A DNA stretch of 64,000 nucleotides, from assembly GCA_034421015.1 (NCBI GenBank), contig DAOUKT010000024.1:16404-80403 (forward strand), given 5' to 3'. Positions 27,288 through 36,889 of this stretch are shown piece after piece. The notes under the pieces were generated by a model that did no database searches, was not told the DNA's origin, and saw nothing but the letters and a program-made list of their open reading frames with translations. The stretch is from Dehalococcoidia bacterium (GTDB lineage: Bacteria > Chloroflexota > Dehalococcoidia > Lucifugimonadales > UBA2985). The position numbers were made by a program, and so were the translations under genes. Every line of letters starts with the position of its first letter. Position 1 is the first letter of the stretch.

Positions 27288-28979
27288 ATGAAGCTAACGG
27301 GAGGACAGATAGTCTGCGAGAGCCTGATAAAAGAGGGTGTTGACATCGTGTTCGGGATTCCGGGGGGAGCCATCCTGCCTCTGTACCAGACCATGTACTA
27401 CTACCCCCAGATCAGGCACATCCTGACGCGCCACGAAGAGGGCGCATCGATGGCGGCCGACGGCTACGCCCGGGTCACCGGCAAGGTGGGCGTGTGCATG
27501 GCCACCTCCGGCCCGGGAGCGACCAACCTGGTCACCGGCATAACGACGGCACAGATGGACTCCGTGCCAATGGTTGCCATCACCGGACAGGTGTCCAGGG
27601 CGGCCATCGGCAGGGACGCCTTCCAGGAGACCGACGTGACCGGCATCACTCTCCCAGTCACCAAGCACAACTACCTGGTGATGAACGCGAGCGAGATTGC
27701 GGAGGCTATCAAAGAGGCCTTCTACATCGCCAACACCGGCCGGCCCGGCCCCGTCCTGGTCGACATCCCCAAGGACGTGTTCACGGAGACGGCGGAGTTC
27801 CACTACCCAGACAGCGTCGACCTGCCGGGCTACAAGCCCGTGATGGACGGCCATCCGGCCCAGATCAAGAAGGCGGCGCAGCTTATCGCAGAGGCCAAGC
27901 GCCCCGTGATCCTGGCAGGCCACGGCGTCATCATCTCCCGGGGCTACGACGAGTTGAAGGAACTTGCCGAGAAGGCCCAGATTCCGGTCATCACCACCCT
28001 GCTGGGCCGCAGCGCCTTCCCCGACGACCACATGCTCTGCGTGGGTATGCCCGGGATGCACGGCGTCGCTTATGCCAGCCTGGCCATCGACGAAGCTGAC
28101 CTGGTGATCGGCCTTGGCATGCGCTTTGACGACCGCATTACGGGCAAGATCAGCGCCTTCGCTCCCAACGCCAAGGTGATCCACGTGGACATAGACCCGG
28201 CGGAGATCGACAAGAACGTTCACGCCCACGTGCCCATAGTGGGAGACCTGGCGAGGGTGCTGAGGCAGTTGAACCAGAACGTCCAGCCTGCGACCCATCC
28301 TGAGTGGCTCAAGCGCATCGACGATCTCAAACAGGACCACCCGTCCCTTCGCATCCGGGAGACTGACAAGCTGCTGCCGCAGTACGTCGTCCGTGACCTG
28401 TGCGAGGCCACCGACGGCAACGCCATCGTGGTGACCGGCGTCGGCCAGCACCAGATGTGGGCGGCCCAGCACTACGCCCACAAAGAGGCCAACTCATTCA
28501 TCACGTCCGGCGGCCTGGGGTCCATGGGATTCGAGGTGCCCGCGGCAATGGGCGCTCAGCTGGCCCGGCCAGACAAGGTGGTCTGGTCCATCTGCGGCGA
28601 CGGCGGATTCCAGATGACAATGTCTGAGCTGGCGACCATCGTGGAGAACAACATTCCGGTCAAGTTCGCCATATTCAACAACGGATACCTGGGCATGGTG
28701 CGCCAGTGGCAGGAGATCTTCTACCAGAAGGACTACTTCTCCACCCACTACACCGGAAACCCGGACTTTGTGAAGCTGGCGGACGCCTTCGGGATGCCCG
28801 GCATAAGGGTGAGCCGACGTGAGGAGTCCATTGAGGCCATACGAGAGGCGATGGCCCACCCCGGGCCCGTCCTGGTGGACTTCATGGTTGAGGACGAGGA
28901 GAACGTCTACCCCATGATTCCCCCCGGAGAGACCGTGGCAGAGCTGATGGAGGAACCCTTCGCAACGGAGTTGAGATGA
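27288..28979 (+). CDS. ilvB: Acetolactate synthase large subunit
   Basis: 563 aa with GIPGGAILPLY and the ThDP motif GGLGSMGFEVPAAMGAQ ... CGDGGFQM. Confidence 0.95.
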   Translation: MKLTGGQIVCESLIKEGVDIVFGIPGGAILPLYQTMYYYPQIRHILTRHEEGASMAADGYARVTGKVGVCMATSGPGATNLVTGITTAQMDSVPMVAITGQVSRAAIGRDAFQETDVTGITLPVTKHNYLVMNASEIAEAIKEAFYIANTGRPGPVLVDIPKDVFTETAEFHYPDSVDLPGYKPVMDGHPAQIKKAAQLIAEAKRPVILAGHGVIISRGYDELKELAEKAQIPVITTLLGRSAFPDDHMLCVGMPGMHGVAYASLAIDEADLVIGLGMRFDDRITGKISAFAPNAKVIHVDIDPAEIDKNVHAHVPIVGDLARVLRQLNQNVQPATHPEWLKRIDDLKQDHPSLRIRETDKLLPQYVVRDLCEATDGNAIVVTGVGQHQMWAAQHYAHKEANSFITSGGLGSMGFEVPAAMGAQLARPDKVVWSICGDGGFQMTMSELATIVENNIPVKFAIFNNGYLGMVRQWQEIFYQKDYFSTHYTGNPDFVKLADAFGMPGIRVSRREESIEAIREAMAHPGPVLVDFMVEDEENVYPMIPPGETVAELMEEPFATELR

Positions 28980-29539
28980 CAACACGCATGAGTGAGCACA
29001 CGATTGTAGCCCTGGTCCACGACAAGCCGGGCGTCCTAAACAGGGTCGCCAGCATGTTCCGCCGGCGCGGGTTCAACATCTCAAGCCTGGCCGTGGGCAA
29101 TAGCGAGACCAACGGCTTCTCCCGCATGACCTTCGTAGTTGACGGGGACGAGGCGACTGTCGACCAGATAACCAAGCAGCTCTACAAGCTGATAGACGTG
29201 GTCAAGGTCTCGGACATCTCCGAGGAGGACGTGGTGGTGCGCGAGCTTGCGCTGATCAAGGTACGCACCACGGCCTCGACGCGGCCTGAGATCCTGCAGC
29301 TGGCGGATATATTCCGCTCCAGCGTGGTTGACGTTTCGCCGGACTCGGTGATACTTGAGGTGACTGGGGACGAAGAGAAGGTGGACTCGCTGATTCGGAT
29401 ACTCAAGCCCTTCGGCATCCGGGAGGTCATGCGGACCGGCCGCGTGGGCCTGATGCGGGGCATGACCAAGTCCCTGGCTATGGACAATGGCAACCGGCCC
29501 GCCCGGGGCGGCAACGGCAGGACCAACGGCAGAGGTTAG
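28976..29539 (+). CDS. ilvN: Acetolactate synthase small (regulatory) subunit
   Basis: 187 aa with ACT domain HTIVALVHDKPGVLNRVASMFRRRGFNISSLAVG. The start overlaps the ilvB stop. Confidence 0.9.
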   Translation: MTTRMSEHTIVALVHDKPGVLNRVASMFRRRGFNISSLAVGNSETNGFSRMTFVVDGDEATVDQITKQLYKLIDVVKVSDISEEDVVVRELALIKVRTTASTRPEILQLADIFRSSVVDVSPDSVILEVTGDEEKVDSLIRILKPFGIREVMRTGRVGLMRGMTKSLAMDNGNRPARGGNGRTNGRG

Positions 29540-29563
29540 AGAGCTGTAAGGAGGCGCCAAGAT

Positions 29564-30562
29564 ATGGCCAATGTTTACTACGAAAATGATGCAGACCTTT
29601 CTCTGCTGGACGGCAGAACCGTTGGGGTCATCGGCTACGGGAGCCAGGGGCACGCCCACGCCCTGAGCCTCAAGGACAGCGGCGTCGACGTTGTGGTGGG
29701 ACTGTACGAGGGCAGCTCAAGCTGGCCCAGGGCCGAGGAGGCCGGCCTCAGAGTCGCCGCCGTGTCGGACGTCGCTCAGCAGGCGGACATGATGATGATG
29801 CTGGTGCCGGACCACCTCCAGTCGAGGATCTACCGGGAGTCCATCCAGCCGCATCTCGCGGAGGGCAAGACCCTCATGTTCGCCCACGGCTTCAACATAC
29901 ACTACCAGCAGATAGTCCCGCCCACGCAGGTGGACGTGTCAATGGTGGCGCCCAAGGCCCCCGGACACCGAATGCGTGAGATTTTCACACGAGGCTCAGG
30001 CGTGCCGGGCCTGCTGGCCATTCACCAGGACGCCTCCGGCAAGGCCAAGGACAACGCCCTGGCCTACGCCAAGGGGGTCGGGTGCACCCGCGCCGGAGTG
30101 CTGGACACAACCTTCAAAGAAGAGACGGAGACCGACCTCTTCGGGGAGCAGACCATCCTCTGCGGCGGCGTTGCGGCCCTGATCAAGGCCGGTTTCGAGA
30201 CCCTGGTGGAGGCCGGCTACCAGCCGGAGTCCGCCTACTTCGAGTGCCTCCACGAGCTCAAGCTCATTGTAGACCTCATCTACCAGGGCGGCCTGGGCTA
30301 CATGCGATACTCCGTCAGCGATACGGCGGAGTACGGCGACTACAGCCGCGGGCCTCGTGTCATTGACGAGCACGTCAAGGAGAATATGAAGCTCATCCTT
30401 GAGGACATCCAGAACGGCTCCTTCGCCCGCGAGTGGATCGCTGAGAACGACGAGGGCCGGCCGCGCTTCAACCGCATGCGGCAGGAGGACGCCAACCATT
30501 CCATTGAGAAGGTGGGCAAGGAACTACGCGGCCTGATGGGTTTCTTGAAGGACGCGGATTAA
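29564..30562 (+). CDS. ilvC: Ketol-acid reductoisomerase
   Basis: 332 aa with [21 protein letters not shown] and [14 protein letters not shown]. Confidence 0.95.
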   Translation: MANVYYENDADLSLLDGRTVGVIGYGSQGHAHALSLKDSGVDVVVGLYEGSSSWPRAEEAGLRVAAVSDVAQQADMMMMLVPDHLQSRIYRESIQPHLAEGKTLMFAHGFNIHYQQIVPPTQVDVSMVAPKAPGHRMREIFTRGSGVPGLLAIHQDASGKAKDNALAYAKGVGCTRAGVLDTTFKEETETDLFGEQTILCGGVAALIKAGFETLVEAGYQPESAYFECLHELKLIVDLIYQGGLGYMRYSVSDTAEYGDYSRGPRVIDEHVKENMKLILEDIQNGSFAREWIAENDEGRPRFNRMRQEDANHSIEKVGKELRGLMGFLKDAD

Positions 30563-30588
30563 AGTTCCATGTCATGAGGTAATTGTAA

Positions 30589-31026
30589 ATGGCGCGCGGA
30601 GAAATAGCAGACCGAATCCGTGACTACCTAAAAAATGAGGTTGAAGTTGCCCGCGGAGATGGGGGACAGTACATAAAGTTTCGCGCCGGAGACATAAGCA
30701 AGGCTCTTAAGGCTCTTGGTGTAGGGAATGCCCAAGTCTGCAATGTGCTCAAGGGCAAGCAGTTTCATTCTCAGGCAAGGGTGAAACTCCTAAAGGACAA
30801 GACAACGGGGCCCCCAAGTGGTATGGGTGGAAACGTCGTGTGCCATTACGAAATATTGGGACAGGTGGCAACGGCAGAGGATTTGGAACGGGATGCGCCT
30901 GAGCCGCTGCGCCAGCAAATTCTTGGCCTGACGCCTGCCGAGTTCCAGGAGTTGACTCGCTATTATTGGATGAACAAGGGATTCTCCAAAGCGGAAATAA
31001 ATGTTACCCTGAGTATGACAGTGTAA
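30589..31026 (+). pseudogene. Possible remnant of an Mrr-type restriction endonuclease (ends at the start of the catalytic domain)
   Basis: 145-aa ORF in a lower-GC insert. The C-terminal LTPAEFQELTRYYWMNKGF resembles the first helix of Mrr_cat domains (l.p.eFE.lv..ll...Gy), but the ORF stops 16 aa later with no catalytic D/ExK region. Confidence 0.4.
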
Positions 31027-31072
31027 ATCAGCGCCTGACCATTCGCTCAGGCCATTAGGAGCATATTCAGAA

Positions 31073-31288
31073 ATGACTACAACTCAGGAAGCGCCAGAGG
31101 GTGAGCGCCTGGCGAGGCTGGAAGCAACCACAGAGGCAGTTGTTCGTGAGGTCGGCCTCATCAGGCAAGACATTCGTGATCTCGACAACAAGGTGCGTAC
31201 CTACTTTCTCTGGACATTGGGAACCCTTGTTGGTATATTGGCCCCGTCCATTATAGGGCTGATAGTCACTCTAATCCTGAAGGCGTAG
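31073..31288 (+). CDS. Hypothetical small protein, coiled-coil plus C-terminal TM helix
   Basis: 71 aa. FLWTLGTLVGILAPSIIGLIVTLIL is a clear hydrophobic helix. No family recognised. Confidence 0.4.
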   Translation: MTTTQEAPEGERLARLEATTEAVVREVGLIRQDIRDLDNKVRTYFLWTLGTLVGILAPSIIGLIVTLILKA

Positions 31289-31523
31289 CAGAGAGATAGA
31301 GAAATGAACGGCTCGGAGGTATCTCACGTAGTCCGCCAGAAGGGACGGCTTATGGCAATGGTCGTCTCGGCGGACTGCGTTGTCCTTTAGTCTCTCCCAG
31401 ATTCCCTGGCGCATCTTTGCTCGATAGACGCGCGCGTCCCACTCAGGAACCAATCCTCAGACGCACGCGCAACCCAAATCAAGCTCCCACCCATGCTGGG
31501 AGGAGACAAAGGAGAGACCGGAA

Positions 31524-33068
31524 ATGCCCGACGATAAGGTGATCATCTTCGATACCACGCTGCGAGACGGCGAGCAGGCCGCCGGCGCAGCCATGACCCT
31601 CGATGAGAAGGTAGCAATAGCGAGAAGGCTGGAGCGCCTGCGAGTCGACGTCATAGAGGCCGGGTTCGCCGCCAGCTCACCCGGAGACTTCCTGGCAGTC
31701 CAGACCATCGCCAGAGAGGTCAGAACGCCAACCATCTGCTCCCTCTCCAGGTGCATCCCTGAAGACGTGGACAGAGCTATGGAGGCCCTGAAGGGCGCCG
31801 CCCACCCGCGCATCCACGTCTTCCTGTCCAGCTCGGACATCCAGATACTGCACCAGCTGCGGAAGAACCGGGAGGAGGTCATGGAGATGGCGGTAGCGGC
31901 GGTGGAGAGGGCCAAGACCTTCTGCGACGACGTTGAGTTCTCCCCGATGGACGCCACTCGCACACAGCCGGAGTACCTGTACCAGCTTCTGGAGGCGGCC
32001 ATCGCCGCGGGGGCCACGACTGTCAACATCCCCGACACCGTGGGCTACGCCATACCGGAGGAGTTCGCCCGTCTGCTGGTCGACATCCAGAAGAACGTCC
32101 CCAACATCGGCAAGGCGGTGCTTTCGGTGCACTGCCACAACGACCTTGGCCTCTCCGTATCCAACAGCCTGGCCGCGGTCAAGGTGGGCGCGCGGCAGGT
32201 GGAGGGCTGCATCAACGGCATCGGAGAGCGGGCTGGGAACGCCTCCCTGGAAGAGGTGATAATGAGCCTGGCCACCCGCAAGGACTACTTCGGGGTGGAG
32301 ATCGGGATAGACACCACGGAGCTGTACCCCACAAGCCGCCTGGTCAGCGACGTCACGGGCTTCGCCGTGCAGGCCAACAAGGCCATTGTGGGGCAGAACG
32401 CCTTCCGCCACGCCTCCGGCATTCACCAGGACGGCGTGCTCAAGGAGCGCACCACCTTTGAGATAATGGACCCCCAGGCCGTCGGCATTCCCAGCAACTC
32501 CCTGGTGCTTGGCAAGCTGAGCGGCCGCGCCGGGCTCAGGGCAAGGCTTGAGGAGCTGGGCTACCACCTGGACCAGGACGACCTGAACTCGGTCTTTGAG
32601 GAGTTCAAGAACCTGGCCGACAAGAAGCGAGAGGTGGACGACCGTGACCTGGAGGCGCTGATGGGCGACCACCGCCGTTCGGAGGTCGAGATCTGCAAGC
32701 TGGACCACGTCCAGGTCTCCTGCGGAGACCACGAGATCGCGACGGCCACCGTCCGCATCATCGATCCCGAAGGCCGCGTCCTCACCGACGCCGGCACGGG
32801 CACCGGCCCCGTGGACGCAGTCTGCGTCGCCATCAACCGCATCCTCCAGGTGCCCAACTCACTCCAGGAGTTCTCCATTGATTCCATCACGGAGGGCACG
32901 GACGCCATGGGCGTGGTGACCATACGAATTGCCCGGGACGGCAAGGTGTACACAGGCCGGGGGTCCTCCACGGACATCATAGTCGCCAGCGCAAAGGCCT
33001 ACGTCAACGCCCTGAACAAGCTCATGGCGATAGAGGGCATACCGGACACCATCGCGGCCATCAGGTAG
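31524..33068 (+). CDS. leuA: 2-isopropylmalate synthase
   Basis: 514 aa with [19 protein letters not shown] and a C-terminal LeuA dimerisation/regulatory domain. Confidence 0.95.
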   Translation: MPDDKVIIFDTTLRDGEQAAGAAMTLDEKVAIARRLERLRVDVIEAGFAASSPGDFLAVQTIAREVRTPTICSLSRCIPEDVDRAMEALKGAAHPRIHVFLSSSDIQILHQLRKNREEVMEMAVAAVERAKTFCDDVEFSPMDATRTQPEYLYQLLEAAIAAGATTVNIPDTVGYAIPEEFARLLVDIQKNVPNIGKAVLSVHCHNDLGLSVSNSLAAVKVGARQVEGCINGIGERAGNASLEEVIMSLATRKDYFGVEIGIDTTELYPTSRLVSDVTGFAVQANKAIVGQNAFRHASGIHQDGVLKERTTFEIMDPQAVGIPSNSLVLGKLSGRAGLRARLEELGYHLDQDDLNSVFEEFKNLADKKREVDDRDLEALMGDHRRSEVEICKLDHVQVSCGDHEIATATVRIIDPEGRVLTDAGTGTGPVDAVCVAINRILQVPNSLQEFSIDSITEGTDAMGVVTIRIARDGKVYTGRGSSTDIIVASAKAYVNALNKLMAIEGIPDTIAAIR

Positions 33069-33087
33069 CGACGGGGGTATTGAGGCT

Positions 33088-33444
33088 GTGGGCACGTTCA
33101 AGAAGACGATAACCATCGCAGGCGCCAACGGCGGACAGTCCCGGGACATAGAGGCCACGGTGGACACCGGCGCCTTCTTCACCACCGCGCCCGCTTCAAT
33201 GCTCCGGGAGTTGGGCATTGAGCCCGTGGACACCCGGACGTTCATCGTTGCAGACGGACGGCGCGTTCGCGTGGACATTGGGGAAGCGCGGGTCACCCTG
33301 GACGGCAGAAGCGCATACACTATGGTGGCCTTTGGAGAGGAGGACGCGCCGCCGCTCCTGGGAGCGCTCACGCTGGAGACGTTCATTCTGGCCGTTGACC
33401 CGGTGGGAGAGCGCCTGGTCCCTATTGAGTTCCTTACGCTCTAA
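33088..33444 (+). CDS. Retropepsin-like (clan AA) aspartyl protease family protein
   Basis: 118 aa with a GTG start. VDTGAFFT contains the D-T/S-G-A catalytic signature. Confidence 0.65.
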   Translation: MGTFKKTITIAGANGGQSRDIEATVDTGAFFTTAPASMLRELGIEPVDTRTFIVADGRRVRVDIGEARVTLDGRSAYTMVAFGEEDAPPLLGALTLETFILAVDPVGERLVPIEFLTL

Positions 33445-33487
33445 GGACGCAGGGCCCTCCCCTGCCCCGCTATAGTGAGCTTCCCAA

Positions 33488-33515
33488 GCGGGGGCGATTC
33501 GCGAATCGCCCCCGC
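33488..33515. repeat. Family B perfect palindrome; possible terminator hairpin
   Basis: gcgggggcgattcgcgaatcgcccccgc, extended by agtga/tcact outer pairing. It shares its core with 23181-23208. Confidence 0.85.
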
Positions 33516-33653
33516 TCACTTTCGCTGGACGTGCCCGCAGCGCATTCCTTACGACTTCATTACAATTTCATTACAGCTACGGATGATTGCTTCTCACGCC
33601 CGAAATATCGAGTGGAGAGCGGCGCAAAACCCCCGAAATGCTGACGGCTCTCG

Positions 33654-33683
33654 TTGACGCGCCTCGCCGAAGGCCACTATCAT
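33654..33683 (+). promoter_or_regulatory. Candidate promoter of the permease genes
   Basis: TTGACG (33654-33659), an 18-nt spacer, then TATCAT (33678-33683). A strong RBS AAGGAGGA precedes the ATG at 33726. Confidence 0.35.
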
Positions 33684-33725
33684 CCTGCTCCAAAGTAAAG
33701 CGCTCTTCCGGCAAGGAGGAACGTC

Positions 33726-34736
33726 ATGCCCAAGTACATTGCGCAACGGCTTCTGACGGGGCTGCTCACAGTCCTCATCGCCTCTGTCTTGATCTTCGCC
33801 ATACTCCGCCCTGTTTATGCTTTTGCACCCGAGAGATTCGTAGCGTGTCTGGGAGCTTGTGATTTCACCGATGAGGACCGGAGGAGGCTCAAAGAGAGCC
33901 TTGGACTGGTCGACCCCCTGCACATGCAGTACGTCAGTTGGATTTGGGGCTTCGCTTCAGGGGACTGGGGAGAGTCCATGTTCTCCAGTGAAGGGATAAG
34001 GGAGGACTGCATCGAAAAGCTGCCAGTGACCCTCCAGCTGGTCGCAATGGCCCAAGCCGTAGCCGTGCTGGTCGGCATACCAGCCGGAGCGCTCATGGCC
34101 CTGAAGAGGCGCTCATGGATAGACCTCATGGGAGGAGTAGTCTCCAGGATGTGGCTCGGATTACCTATTTTCTGGACATCCACCCTGCTCCTGGTGGGCG
34201 GACTCTACTTCCTAGAGTGGAGCCCTGAAGTCGGATACATCCCCCTCCTAGATGACCCAACAGGCAATCTGATCATGTTTGCCTGGCCCGCGTTGGTCTT
34301 GGGCGTTCCCGCTTCCGCCACAGTTGCCGTTATGGTCCGCTCAGCCATGCTCGAGGCTTTGCGCCAGGATGACGTGCAGACTATGACTGAAGCAGAGGAG
34401 AGTTACTCTGTTGCCGTCTTCATCGATACTCTGAGATATACTCTGGCGCCGGCGGTGGTTGCCTCAGGACTCATTTTCCCCGCTGTCGTTGGCGGCGCGC
34501 TGCTGATGGAACTGATCTTCGTACTGGACGGTGTGGGCGACATGTTCACAGAAGCCGCAAACCAGAGGGACCTCCCCGTCATGGAGTATCTCGCCCTCTT
34601 CTTCGCCGTATGGGTGATTGCGGTCAACACACTGGTCGACATCCTGTGCGGCTGGCTGGACCAGGAAGCCCGCTCCACAAGGAAGCCGCCCAGAGAAGAG
34701 TGGAACCATCTGGCAAACCCCGTGCGTCTGGTGTAA
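33726..34736 (+). CDS. ABC transporter permease, DppB/OppB-like, divergent (EAA loop degenerate)
   Basis: 336 aa with the N-terminus MPKYIAQRLLTGLLTVL typical of DppB. Where the paralogue has YIRTARAKGL, this copy has DVQTMTEAEES. Confidence 0.7.
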   Translation: MPKYIAQRLLTGLLTVLIASVLIFAILRPVYAFAPERFVACLGACDFTDEDRRRLKESLGLVDPLHMQYVSWIWGFASGDWGESMFSSEGIREDCIEKLPVTLQLVAMAQAVAVLVGIPAGALMALKRRSWIDLMGGVVSRMWLGLPIFWTSTLLLVGGLYFLEWSPEVGYIPLLDDPTGNLIMFAWPALVLGVPASATVAVMVRSAMLEALRQDDVQTMTEAEESYSVAVFIDTLRYTLAPAVVASGLIFPAVVGGALLMELIFVLDGVGDMFTEAANQRDLPVMEYLALFFAVWVIAVNTLVDILCGWLDQEARSTRKPPREEWNHLANPVRLV

Positions 34737-34767
34737 ACTAGCTCCCAAGTCTCAAAAGAAGGACGCC

Positions 34768-35730
34768 ATGCACAGATATATCGCACAAAGGCTATTGCAG
34801 GGGCTGCTCAGCGCGGTGCTCGTGTCACTGCTGATCTTCGTCATCCTCCGGATAGCGCCCGGAGACGTGGCAATGATGGTGTACACCCAGGGAGACGAGG
34901 GCATTGAGGACATTGACCAGGAGGCTCTGCAGCGGATCAGGGAAAACCTTGGACTGCACAGGCCCCTTCACATGCAGTACCTGGTCTGGGTGCAGGACAT
35001 GGTAACCTTCGACTGGGGCACCTCGTACTTCCACGGAGGAAACGTATTCGAGGACTTCATGCGAAAACTCCCCGTCACGGTGGAGCTGGGGGTCCTGAGC
35101 TTGGCGCTGTCCGTCGCCATCGCGTTCCCAATTGGACTGATAATGGCGTTAAAGCAGGACACATGGAGCGACTACGTCGGCAGGGTTTTCTCCCTTGGCG
35201 GCCTCTCCATACCCAATTTCTGGATTGCGACCATGCTACTGGTCGCAGGGCTATACCTCTTCGGATGGAGCCCGCGCCTGGAATACAGGCACATCTGGGA
35301 TGACCCCTTCGGAAACATCAGCCTGATGTTCTGGCCGGCCGTCATCGTGGGCTACAGCTCTACGGCGGTTAAGGCCAGGATGCTCCGCTCCTCCATGCTG
35401 GAGGTGCTGCGGCAGGACTACATCAGGACTGCCCGGGCAAAGGGGTTGAGCGGAATGGTTGTCACCTACCGCCACGCGTTGAGGAACGCAATGCTGCCCG
35501 TTGTGACCATAGTTGGTTTCTCGGTGGCAGCCATCATCGGCGGCTCAGTGATTATGGAGACCATATTCCAGATGCCCGGACTGGGCGCGTACCTGGTGGC
35601 CGGGATGAACAGCCGGGACTACAATATCGTTCAGTCCCTGGTGACATTCTTTGCTATGTGGATCATCCTGATCAACATAGCCGTGGACATCTCCTACGCA
35701 TGGCTGGACCCGCGCATCAGGTTCGATTAG
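34768..35730 (+). CDS. ABC transporter permease, DppB/OppB-like
   Basis: ORF 34618..35730. I prefer the ATG at 34768 (MHRYIAQRLLQGLL). The EAA-loop motif LRQDYIRTARAKGLS is present. Confidence 0.85.
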   Translation: MHRYIAQRLLQGLLSAVLVSLLIFVILRIAPGDVAMMVYTQGDEGIEDIDQEALQRIRENLGLHRPLHMQYLVWVQDMVTFDWGTSYFHGGNVFEDFMRKLPVTVELGVLSLALSVAIAFPIGLIMALKQDTWSDYVGRVFSLGGLSIPNFWIATMLLVAGLYLFGWSPRLEYRHIWDDPFGNISLMFWPAVIVGYSSTAVKARMLRSSMLEVLRQDYIRTARAKGLSGMVVTYRHALRNAMLPVVTIVGFSVAAIIGGSVIMETIFQMPGLGAYLVAGMNSRDYNIVQSLVTFFAMWIILINIAVDISYAWLDPRIRFD

Positions 35731-35753
35731 CGATAGCTGCCAGGCCTGCAATC

Positions 35754-35794
35754 AAGCGCCGCTCGCTCCCTTCGACACGCTCAGGGCGAGCGGC
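35754..35794. repeat. Family D hairpin (third copy)
   Basis: Stem cgccgctcgc / gcgagcggcg, with a loop containing cttcgacacgctcag. Confidence 0.6.
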
Positions 35795-35829
35795 GTTGAG
35801 TTTGGCGCTAACAGAATTGCAGCCCACCA

Positions 35830-36050
35830 GCAGGATTCCTGCCTACGGAGACCTTTGAATAACCACGGCTGAGGCGCGCTCCTCCCGACCATTCCTGCGG
35901 AAGCAGGAATCCATGTGGCCCAATATAGAAGGAAATAGATTCCCGCCCCCGTATCGGGGTACGGGGCAAGCTTCGCGGGAATGACGATAAACGTATTTCC
36001 TCCGGCATGCCGCCTTAGTTGCGCAAAGGTCTCCCTACGCAGGAATGGTT
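35830..36050 (+). repeat. Family A dispersed palindromic repeat (longest copy)
   Basis: ccattcctgcggaagcaggaatcc, then tatagaaggaaatagat, then tcccgc..cgcgggaatgac with an internal extra hairpin ccccgtatcggggtacgggg. It also has the shared flank and a 5' ggagacctttgaataac motif. Confidence 0.8.
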
Positions 36051-36067
36051 GTGTGGAGAGCAGCCGG

Positions 36068-36889
36068 CTAAGACTCTTCCTTGCTTTGCTGCCTCAGAAA
36101 CTCCTCGACGCTTCGGACGGTCTCATCGTCGGACCTGAGGATCAGGTAAGCCCCTCGCCCGCCGCCGGTGGTGGCCTGGGCTATCTCCCACCCCTGGTAC
36201 TGATGCCCAATCAGGCAGTCCGCAGGAACTCGCACGTCCTCCAACTCAATGTGGCTGTCGCTGCCCATCAGCATGTCCTGTCTGCTGACGGAAATGCCCG
36301 GCGAGTTCGCGTCTATCATGAACACGCCCAGGTTCAGCCTGGAGGGGCGGGTGACATCGGTTACGGCCAGGGTCCAGAGATAGTCGGGGTCAAACCGTGC
36401 CATGACAAAGGCCTTGCTGCCGTTGACGACCCACTCCCCGCCATCGCGGACGGCGTGGGTCTTGATGGAGGCCAGGTCGCTGCCGGTCTCCCACTCGGCA
36501 AAGAGCTGCCAGACTACGGTCTCCCCGCGGAGGGCCGGAGGGACGTACAGCTCCTTCTGCTCCGGCGTTCCCCATATAAGCAGAGGGGGAATCCAGCGCT
36601 GGCTGTTGCCAATTGACGGCAGGTTCAGGCGCCCAATCTCCTCCTGGAAAACCGTCTCAAGCCCCGGGTGCAGCCCGCCTCCACCCCACTCGATGGGCCA
36701 CGACGGGGCCAGCCAGCCCTTGGCCCCCAGCTTGCACCGGAAGTCCCTGAGGGCCTGCTGGGTCTCCTTGTCCAGTGAGGTGTTTCCGGGAGGGATTGCC
36801 AGGTCCCTGGGCGCATTGCCGTCCAGCCAGGCGCGGAGGGCCTCTCGAAACTGCTGCTGCTCGTCGGTGTAGTGGATTTCGAAGTCCAC
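36068..36889 (-). pseudogene. Acyl-CoA dehydrogenase family gene lacking most of the C-terminal helical domain
   Basis: 273 aa with an ACAD N-terminal domain (MDFEIHYTDEQQQFREALRAWL) and middle domain (ETGSDLASIKTHAVRDGGEWVVNGSKAFV). It stops about 30 aa after ...DVRVPADCLIG, immediately next to the family A repeat. Confidence 0.55.

Noticed and set aside
31271-31453. 60-aa minus-strand ORF in the gap before leuA, and the possibility of a second T-box or leader peptide there.
   Set aside because: It has no RBS or family signal, is short, and lies antisense to the operon direction. No GGUGGUACCGCG-like sequence or terminator was seen in 31289-31523.
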